Below, piece by piece: positions 22,064-30,130 of a stretch of 30,130 nucleotides of DNA; position 1 is the stretch's first letter; each line of letters opens with the position of its first letter. Position numbers and translations under genes: made by a program. Below the pieces are notes generated by a model. It made no database searches and was not told the DNA's origin. It saw only the letters and a program-made list of their open reading frames with translations. The stretch comes from Folioceros fuciformis (taxonomy: Eukaryota). Location: contig JBNGIO010006281.1 of assembly GCA_049999805.1 (NCBI GenBank), forward strand, positions 170,687 through 200,816, written 5' to 3'.

Positions 22064-24526
22064 ATGGTGCCTCGGGATGCTATCAATGTTGCTAGAGCAT
22101 GTGCAGTGCTGGTCCAGGTTCAGGGGCCTGATCCCAAGGGCCGGAAGATGAGTCGACACGCGTTTTTCCACTCCGAATCAGGGCAAACCACGCTCTCGGC
22201 TTCGGGTCTGCTGTTGCTGAACGACTCGGAGGTAGACCCTCCGAGGGCACTCACGGTGGTCACCTGCGCGTCTATTGTGGACCCGTTTTTGGTGCAGAAG
22301 CCCAGTGGGGAGTCGGTGGCCAGTACTACGGAGTCTGGTAAGCTCATTGCTGGTGCTAAAGTGGACATTCTTGTTGAGGTTCCCAACGCAGGTGAGCAGT
22401 CCTACTGCTGGGTGCCAGCACAACTGGTAGCTCTGCTTGATGTTCCAGAAGCTGGAAGGGCGTTGCAAGGTCTGCTGGATGTGCATGGAGGAAGTGTGGA
22501 TGGGATTTGGGATGTTGGCTGGTCCTTGGCTCCTGCTAATGAAGATGCCAGAGGACAAGGCCTTGGCCATCAGGCAATTGTAGCGAGGAATTCTTTTTTG
22601 GAGCGAGGAAGCGCGTACGGGGAGCCTGTTTCCAGTTCCACGAGGCACAGGGCCAGTCTAGGGATGACAGCAACCAGGGTGGCTGTTCTCAGTTTATTCA
22701 CAGATGGGAATCGGGAGTTTGTTTTGAGCTTAGGTCAGGTTGCAGGCCGGATACTTGAGATCCTGGAAATGTACAACTTGAAATGCGGGTTGCCTTTGGC
22801 CACGTCCAAGACCCGTGGAGATTTTTTGCTGGCAGTTGGCTCTCCTTTTGGAGCGCTGTCACCTCTCCACTTCCACAACAGCATGTCAGTGGGCTTCGTT
22901 GCTAACGAGTTGCCTAGAAGATCCTCTGCTGCGTCTCTGCTGATGGTGGATTTGAAATGCCTCCCTGGCATGGAAGGTGGTCCAGTGTTTGATGACATGG
23001 GTCGTCTAGTCGGTCTCGTCAGTAGACCTCTCCGCCAGCGCAGTGGTCATGCAGAAGTGCAGCTGGTGACAACCTCGGATGCTTTACTAGGTCCCCTCAA
23101 GCTTGCAGGTGTAAACCTGGGGTTTACCCACGTGCAGCAGGAAGATCCGGTGCCTCAGCGCACGATGGAGAATACTGTGGAGGCAGGCACATGCCTGGGT
23201 GTGCTTCCCAAGCCCGTTCATCATGTCTTCCCCCCGAATTCCATGTCGCCAGCGATTGGCAGTGCTGTATCATCTGTGGTTCTGATTACTATTGGGGATG
23301 CCGCATGGGCTTCAGGAGTTCTTCTGACTGAGAATGGGTTGATTCTGACCAATGCTCATCTCTTAGAACCTTGGCGATTTGTCAAAACACGTCCTTCACA
23401 GTCCAGCATAGTTCGAGGCCTCAGTTGGAACGGTGAAGGGATGCCCGGAGATGTTGGAAGAAACAAGTCTGAGGGAGTATCAATGAGGGAGGAACATGCC
23501 TCTTGTTCAGCCACTCATCCTTTGTGCGAGGTTAGTGGATCAGCCAGTTGTGACTGCCCTAGGGGCGCACATAAGTTACTTGAAGATGCTCCGGGAAGAA
23601 TCCTGTGCAACAAAGCCAATGCAGAGGGGAGTCCTGGCAGAACAGCTCATGCTTCTAATACTAGGCACACTGACACTGTTCACAAAGGGAATCAGCCCAT
23701 CAGGGTGCGTATTGATGACCTTAAGCTAGGATCATGTTCCTGGCATGGAGCGAAGCCAGTGTGCGTTTCTCAGGGACCCTTAGATGTCGCTTTACTGCAG
23801 CTCGACTCAGTTCCTCCTAACATTTGTCCTATCACTCCCGAGAAGGACTGTCCTACTGTAGGTTCAACAGCCGTGGTGATAGGGCATGGTCTCTTTGGAC
23901 CTCGGTCTGAGCTTTGTCCATCAGTCAGTGCTGGTGTGGTTTCCAGAGTTGTGAAGACAGGAGCAGCCACTCTGAACAGCTTTTCGCCGCAGGAGTCCCA
24001 TAGTGATGGTATTCCCAGCTGCGCAGCAATGCTTGAAACGACAGCAGCCGTGCATCCCGGTGGAAGTGGGGGCGCAGTGGTGAATGCTGAAGGGCGTATG
24101 ATTGGCTTGGTTACAAGTAATGCCAGACACAGTGGAGGGACTGTGATACCCAATCTCAACTTCAGTGTACCATGTGCTGCTCTTTCCATAATATTCCAAT
24201 TTGCTGCAGGGAATGGGGAGGATCCAAGTATTTTGCATAGATTAGATGAACCGAATGAACAGCTTTCTGCTGTCTGGGCACTGGTTCCCCCACCCTCGAA
24301 GAGGCCTTCTCCTTTGATACCTCTGCCTCCTCCATCTTCTGCTGGCAACCCTTCAGGTTCCCCTGTCCAAAAAGGCTCCCGGTTTGCAAGTTTTCTGGCT
24401 GACAAGGCTGCCAAGCTGTCCATCAATCCAGGCCCATCCCTGGAGAGTGAGAGAGGGCTCAGACCGCACTCCTCCAACAATGCAGATCACTGTAGTACTG
24501 ATGGCCGTTCTCGTAGTCGCCTGTAG
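22064..24526 (+). CDS. DEG15: Peroxisomal/glyoxysomal processing protease DEG15 (GPP), 820 aa, single exon
   Basis: Continuous ORF from accATGg at 22064. N-terminal VQVQGPDPKGRKMSRHAFFHSESGQTTLSASG and GSPFGALSPLHFHNSMSVG. Degenerate first trypsin-like domain (CLPGMEGGPV). Catalytic triad motifs LTNAHLL, LDVALL and HPGGSGG. C-terminal PTS1 SRL. Confidence 0.95.
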   Translation: MVPRDAINVARACAVLVQVQGPDPKGRKMSRHAFFHSESGQTTLSASGLLLLNDSEVDPPRALTVVTCASIVDPFLVQKPSGESVASTTESGKLIAGAKVDILVEVPNAGEQSYCWVPAQLVALLDVPEAGRALQGLLDVHGGSVDGIWDVGWSLAPANEDARGQGLGHQAIVARNSFLERGSAYGEPVSSSTRHRASLGMTATRVAVLSLFTDGNREFVLSLGQVAGRILEILEMYNLKCGLPLATSKTRGDFLLAVGSPFGALSPLHFHNSMSVGFVANELPRRSSAASLLMVDLKCLPGMEGGPVFDDMGRLVGLVSRPLRQRSGHAEVQLVTTSDALLGPLKLAGVNLGFTHVQQEDPVPQRTMENTVEAGTCLGVLPKPVHHVFPPNSMSPAIGSAVSSVVLITIGDAAWASGVLLTENGLILTNAHLLEPWRFVKTRPSQSSIVRGLSWNGEGMPGDVGRNKSEGVSMREEHASCSATHPLCEVSGSASCDCPRGAHKLLEDAPGRILCNKANAEGSPGRTAHASNTRHTDTVHKGNQPIRVRIDDLKLGSCSWHGAKPVCVSQGPLDVALLQLDSVPPNICPITPEKDCPTVGSTAVVIGHGLFGPRSELCPSVSAGVVSRVVKTGAATLNSFSPQESHSDGIPSCAAMLETTAAVHPGGSGGAVVNAEGRMIGLVTSNARHSGGTVIPNLNFSVPCAALSIIFQFAAGNGEDPSILHRLDEPNEQLSAVWALVPPPSKRPSPLIPLPPPSSAGNPSGSPVQKGSRFASFLADKAAKLSINPGPSLESERGLRPHSSNNADHCSTDGRSRSRL

Positions 24527-25091
24527 TCGGCTGTCTTTCGTATTCGATTCTACCCGTGTGATGTTGGGGTTACTCAAGTGGGCAGGATGGATACAAGGTA
24601 GGTGGTTCGCGGTGTAAATGACGATGACTAGGTAGATGTACAGAAGAGTTGTAGCTCCACATTTTGGGAAGTATGAACATAGACCAGGTAGCGATAAAAT
24701 CTCACCGCGCCGAGGTCTCACAAAGTCTAGGTCGTTTCCCCGGTTCCTTTCGGTTCGTTCCACATTAGGGTTTGAATCTCAACTCTCTTGCAAGTGCCAA
24801 ACAAACTACGGGTGGAGTTTCTCTCCTAAATGCAAGGGGTTGGGTGTTCGTGATCTAGCTCACTGCCCCTGTTTCCTTTTCTAAGGCACCCAGCAAATGC
24901 AGGACTTAGCAGGGCGCGAGGACATATGATGGCAGATCCGATGGTGTGCCCAAGTTCTCCACAGCCAAGCACCTCTCACCATTCTAATGGATGGGAGAAG
25001 GAGAAGAGGAAGGAAAAGGGAACTTGAAAGCAATCCTTCAACGTTCCAATACCTTCCAAAATCCTTCCTGCATGCATGACTTGGCACAAGC

Positions 25092-28000
25092 ATGGAGAAC
25101 GAGCATGAGTCCAAGATTGCCGAGGAAGAAGACAGCTTATACCAAGAAACAGCAGATCTTGAAAATATTCCTCTTGAGGAAGTGTTTGAAAAATTGAAGT
25201 GTACGAGACATGGTTTGAGTAGCACCGAAGCTGACATAAGGATCAAGTTAGTTGGTCCGAACAAACTAGAAGAGCAAAAAGAGAGTTTGATATTGAAATT
25301 TCTTACTTTCATGTGGAATCCTTTGTCATGGGTAATGGAATTGGCGGCACTCATGGCACTAGTTTTAGACAATGGTGAGCACAGACCCCCGGATTGGCAG
25401 GATTTTGTAGGGATTACATGTTTGCTAGTGTTGAACTCAACAGTAAGTTACATAGAAGAGCAAAATGCAGGGCAAGCAGCTGCCGCCTTAATGCAGGCTT
25501 TAGCTCCAAAAGCCAAGGTTCTGAGAGACAATGCGTACAAGGAGGAAGATGCCGCAATCCTTGTTCCTGGGGACATTATTTCCATAAAGTTAGGAGATAT
25601 AATCCCTGCCGATGCTAGATTACTTGAAGGGGATCCTCTACAAATTGATCAATCTGCTCTAACTGGAGAATCCGTAGCAGTCACAAAGAGGACAGGCGAT
25701 GAGGTTTTCTCTGGGTCAATTTGCAAGCAGGGTGAGATTGAAGCTGTGGTCATTGCTACTGGTGTTAGCACATTTTTTGGAAAAGCTGCACACTTGGTTG
25801 ACACAACACATAATGTAGGACACTTCCAACAAGTTCTAACAAACATAGGCAATTTTTGTATTTGCACAATTGCATTAGGAATCATCATAGAAATCATCGT
25901 CATGTATCCCATCCAAAAACGAAAATATCGAAATGGTATTGACAATATGTTGATTCTATTGATTGGAGGGATTCCAATTGCCATGCCAACTGTATTATCG
26001 GTTACAATGGCAGTGGGATCTCACGGGCTTGCAAAGCAAGGAGCAATTGTTAAACGCATGACTGCCATAGAAGAAATGGCTGGCATGGATATTCTATGCT
26101 CTGATAAAACTGGGACATTAACACTAAACAAATTGACTGTTGACAAACACATAATTGAAGTTTTATCAAAATCAGCAGACAAAGATTTGATTTTGCTGAC
26201 TGCTGCACGGGCATCGCGTATAGAAAATCAGGTTGCCAGGTTATGACAAGATGGAATTTCATTAGTACAAGTAGTTTGTTAATGTATGTTTTAGTTCATT
26301 GTCTTGGGTATGAAGTGTTTCATTAAATGAGGATGATGAATGGTGAATGCAGGATGCAATTGATCTTGCAATTGTGAACATGCTTGGAGACCCAAAAGAA
26401 GCACGCCAAGGTATTGAGGAGGTTCATTTCTTGCCTTTCAATCCCACTGATAAAAGAACTGCTATCACATACATCACTGAAGATGGAAAAATGCATCGAG
26501 CTAGTAAGGGTTCCCCTGAGCAAATACTGGAGTTAGCAGAGAACAAAAAGAAAATTGAAGCTAAGGTGTATTCTATAATAAACAGATTTGCAGAAAGAGG
26601 ATTGCGAAGTCTTGGAGTTGCTTATCAGGTACCTTGAAGATTCATGTACTTCTAAAATGCCCACAAAATTTCATATTGATTTGTGCAACAAGATTTGTTT
26701 AAGTTCTTAAAAGGGTCTTGGAGACACCGTCGAGTAAACTTGATGTCATTCACTGACAGGAAGTTCCTGAGTGTTCTAAAGATAGTCCAGGTGGACCATG
26801 GGAAATGCTAGGAGTCCTGCCCTTATTTGATCCTCCAAGACATGATACAGGAGACACAGTTAAGCGTGCGTTGCAGTTGGGTGTTAATGTCAAGATGATA
26901 ACTGGTGATCAATTGGCGATTGCAAAGGAAACTGGGCGTCGTCTTGGAATGGGTACTAATATGTACCCTTCATCAGCCATATTTGGTGCTCACCATGAAG
27001 CATCAACAGTAGGGGTGGATGATGGAGAACTTATTGAACATGCAGATGGGTTTGCTGGAGTCTTCCCAGAACATAAGTATAGTATAGTTAAAAGACTCCA
27101 AGAGAGAAAACATATATGTGGAATGACAGGTGATGGAGTGAATGACGCCCCAGCTCTGAAGAAAGCCGATATAGGTATTGCAGTAGCTGATGCTACAGAT
27201 GCAGCACGAAATGCTGCAGACATTGTGCTCACTCAACCAGGTTAGGTCGACTACTACTGCTACTACTTCCATCACAAAGACAACTTTCTTGCACAACTTG
27301 CTTACACTCTCCCTAAACTTCCTTCACTTCTAGACTAATAAAACTAAAAAGAGGAAACCATGTGCACAGGATTGAGTGTCATAATTAGTGCCATCCTCAC
27401 CAGTAGATGCATATTTCAACGCATGAAGAATTACACCATCTATGCCGTATCTATTACAATACGTATTGTGCTTGGATTCACTTTGATGTCTCTTGTATGG
27501 AAATTTGATTTTTCTCCATTTATGATTCTAGTCATTGCTATTCTAAATGATGGTACAATAATGACTATATCAAAGGTATTTATTTCTCAAACTATTTTCT
27601 CAAATGAATAGTTTGAAAAGCTTTGAATAATTCATCAAATTTGGGTTAACGAAAAAATGATTTATCACATAATGGTAGTGTGTTTGTGTGTTTTGTAGGA
27701 TAGAGTAAAACCCTCTCCGCATCCTGACACATGGAAGCTTGCTGAACTATTTGTTCAAGGTACTTGTCTCGGGGGCTACCTTGCTCTAATGACTGTGTTG
27801 TTCTATCATCTTTTACATGACACAAAATTCTTCGAAGAAAAGTTCAAAGTGCAAACTATTGCACATAATTCTGCTAAAGAAACTGCTGCCATATACTTGC
27901 AAGTTTCAATTGTAAGTCAGGCTCTTATATTTGTGACAAGATCACAAACTTGGTCCTTCATGGAAAGGCCAGGATTTCTTCTGGTGATTGCTTTTATCAT

Positions 28001-28742
28001 AGCACAATTGGTGGCAACATTGATAGCTGTGTATGCAAATTGGGGGTTTGCTAAAATTGAAGGGTGTGGGTGGAAATGGGCAGGGGTTATATGGTTGTAC
28101 AAGTAAGTCTTCTTCAAATCATCTTTCACTTCTCAAATGCCCATGTAGTGAGTTTCATTAAGGAAGGGAGTACTAATCAATCTTCAAGAACTAACTAGAT
28201 CAATGTTTGTGGAGACAGTGTAGTATGGTATCTTCCTTTGGATTTGATCAAGTTTGTTGTGAGATATGTGTTGAGCGGTGAAGCATGGGACTTGTTGATG
28301 GAAAGGAAGATTGCTTTTACTCGTCAAAGAAATTATGGACGAGAAGCTCGTCAAGCACAATGGGCTGCCATCACTAACACTAGGGCAATTGCTTCCATTA
28401 CTGGGACATCTTCTTCTACAAGTAACACTCTCTCCAAGGGAGCAACATCCATGGGTCGTGAAGTGGCTGATAAAGCCAGGAGAAGGGCTGAGATTGCAAG
28501 GTTTGCATCCCACCCATTTCTGTCTTTTAAGTGGAGAGATCTTTGTAATCCCATTGTAATCTTGGTTGTAGTTAGGTGTGATGTGTGATACTTAATCAGT
28601 ATTCTTAATCCTACATTAATTCTTATGCATGTGTGTGGATATTAGGTTGAAAGAACTTCACACTTTCAAGGGACATGTGGATGCTGTAACCAAATTGACC
28701 AAATTAAATGATTCTGGAATGCAACAATCATATACTGTTTAG
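25092..28742 (+). CDS. AHA: Plasma-membrane H+-ATPase (P3A, penultimate-Thr type), 961 aa
   Basis: Exons 25092-26231, 26353-26628, 26760-27240, 27370-27575, 27699-28102, 28219-28500, 28646-28742. Motifs [80 protein letters not shown] and C-terminal QQSYTV*. Confidence 0.97.
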
Positions 28743-29140
28743 AATACTGAATTATTTTGTAAAAGAAAGGTGTACTATTTATACAATGAGGCACTCTTGT
28801 TTAAGAGTTGTATTTTTAGTTGGGTGGCAAAAAAAGAATATGTCCAGTACTGAGGGGGGGAATATATTTTATCCTCACCGTGGGAAAAGGAAATCCATTT
28901 TATCTCATTTGTACAAGTTAAGCCACGGTGAGGACTAGTGCGCGGTGGCTAAGGCAAAGTGAATAGAGAGTCTCCAGCGAGAGGGAGGCATGGTCGTTGG
29001 TTAAAGAGCAGTTTGGTTGTTGGCAGCGCCTGCCGGCTCCTCTGCTCTCCCACTTGAGCGGTGTTACCAGAACACGCGCCTCCTGCCAGTGCCTCTCCCC
29101 TCGGGGCAATCGGTCGGCTCTGCGTTGATTTGCTGTGCTT

Positions 29141-29181
29141 TGCGTTGTGTTGCGTTGCGTTGCGTTGCCCTGCCCTGCCCT
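29141..29181 (+). repeat. Compound pentamer microsatellite (TTGCG)n-(CTGCC)n upstream of PAR1
   Basis: tgcgttgtgttgcgttgcgttgcgttgccctgccctgccct seen directly. Confidence 0.8.
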
Positions 29182-29236
29182 GTCTTGCGCGGAAAGAAAA
29201 GTTTGAGCGCCGGCGCACAGACGCTTTCAGATCTCG

Positions 29237-30130
29237 ATGGCTCATATGAGAGATCAAGTGGCCTCTCTCCTCCTTTCCTTGCTGCTAGTCCAAGGCATCC
29301 ACACCGCGCTCGGTAAGGGAATCGAGGCAAATGCATGCGCTGTAAGGTCGGAATTGGCGATGAACTTGTCCTGGTGTATGCATTGGCAAGAAGAGTAGTT
29401 GTTACCTCGCGAACTAACACCTATCCCTTGCAACCGCTTGCCTTTTCAGGCAATCTTCGATGCGAAGATCTGGCCGTGGAGGATTGTGCGTTTGCGGTAT
29501 CTTCCTCGGGGGCTCGATGCGTTCTTGAAAAGTATGTTGCGAAGGAGGGAGGCTCTCGTCTGGAATGCCAGGTGCGGTAGGCTAGGTGCTTGATTGGAGC
29601 AATTTGTGTAACGCAACGCAAGCAGGAAGGTTTGTAATCCCGGCCGGTAACATAAGTTGGCGATCACGCGTCCACGCATTGCAGACCTCCATCATCATGG
29701 CCGAGAAGCGGTACGAGTGGATAGAATCTGACGAATGTGTGAAGTCGTGCGGCCTTGAGCGGATGTCCTTTGGACTCTCCACCGATGCTCTTCTAGAGAA
29801 CGAATTCACACAGAAGCTATGCTCGTCCGCGTGCCAGCAGAGCTGTTCCAACATCGTTGATCTCTACACCAAACTCGCTGCTGGCGAAGGTGTGCATCTC
29901 AAACGCCTTGCTAATCTAATCAAGAACCTGCATAAATTCATAATCTCCTCACAATGAATCCAATATCATCCATACGCATTACATTTTCCTCTAGGTGTGT
30001 ATCTACCACACTTGTGCAAGGCGCAAACGGAGAAAGAGAAGAGCAAAGAGGAAGTAAGCCTCAAATCAATCTCCTCAATCAATGAAAAGTTAGTAGCTCA
30101 ACCTCCGACCTCCCCATCCTCCTCCTCCTC
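29237..30130 (+). CDS. PAR1: PAR1 (photoassimilate-responsive) family secreted Cys-rich protein, 3' end beyond window
   Basis: Exons 29237-29312 (signal-peptide-like MAHMRDQVASLLLSLLLVQGIHTALG), 29450-29571 (LRCEDLAVEDCAFAVSSSGARCVLE...CQ), 29685-29889 (WIESDECVKSCG...GLSTDALL...KLCSSACQQSCSNIVDLYTKLAAGEG) and 29995->30130 (VYLPHLC..., open to the window end). Confidence 0.9.

Noticed and set aside
23770-24480. 236-aa minus-strand ORF
   Set aside because: Antisense shadow of the DEG15 protease domain.

Overview
Gene-dense, non-bacterial DNA from a land-plant nuclear genome. Introns are mostly ~85-150 nt and genes are closely packed, which suggests a compact genome such as a hornwort or lycophyte (inference only). 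Nine protein-coding genes could be modelled by hand, eight spliced and one intronless. In order: (1) 5'-truncated SAWADEE homeodomain homolog; (2) SOS3/CBL4-like calcineurin B-like Ca2+ sensor; (3) a tandem, strongly divergent CBL paralogue; (4) a ~1250-aa minus-strand coiled-coil protein; then a 100-N assembly gap; (5) an AN1-AN1-C2H2 stress-associated zinc-finger protein that needs a GC-AG intron; (6) a small minus-strand, probably plastid-targeted protein with a duplicated C-x9-CEGxDE motif; (7) an intronless DEG15 peroxisomal protease ending in SRL; (8) an AT-rich plasma-membrane H+-ATPase ending in YTV; (9) a 3'-truncated PAR1 protein. The most interesting item is the second CBL. It has degenerate EF-hand loops, a basic 9-aa insertion in the EF1-EF2 linker, and Asp in place of the CIPK-phosphorylated Ser of the FPSF motif (YPDF), a natural phosphomimic. 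The H+-ATPase in the same window has Ala at the site equivalent to the CIPK11/PKS5 inhibitory Ser931 and lacks the RTLHGL (Thr881) motif. No RNA genes, CRISPR arrays or recognisable transposons were found.
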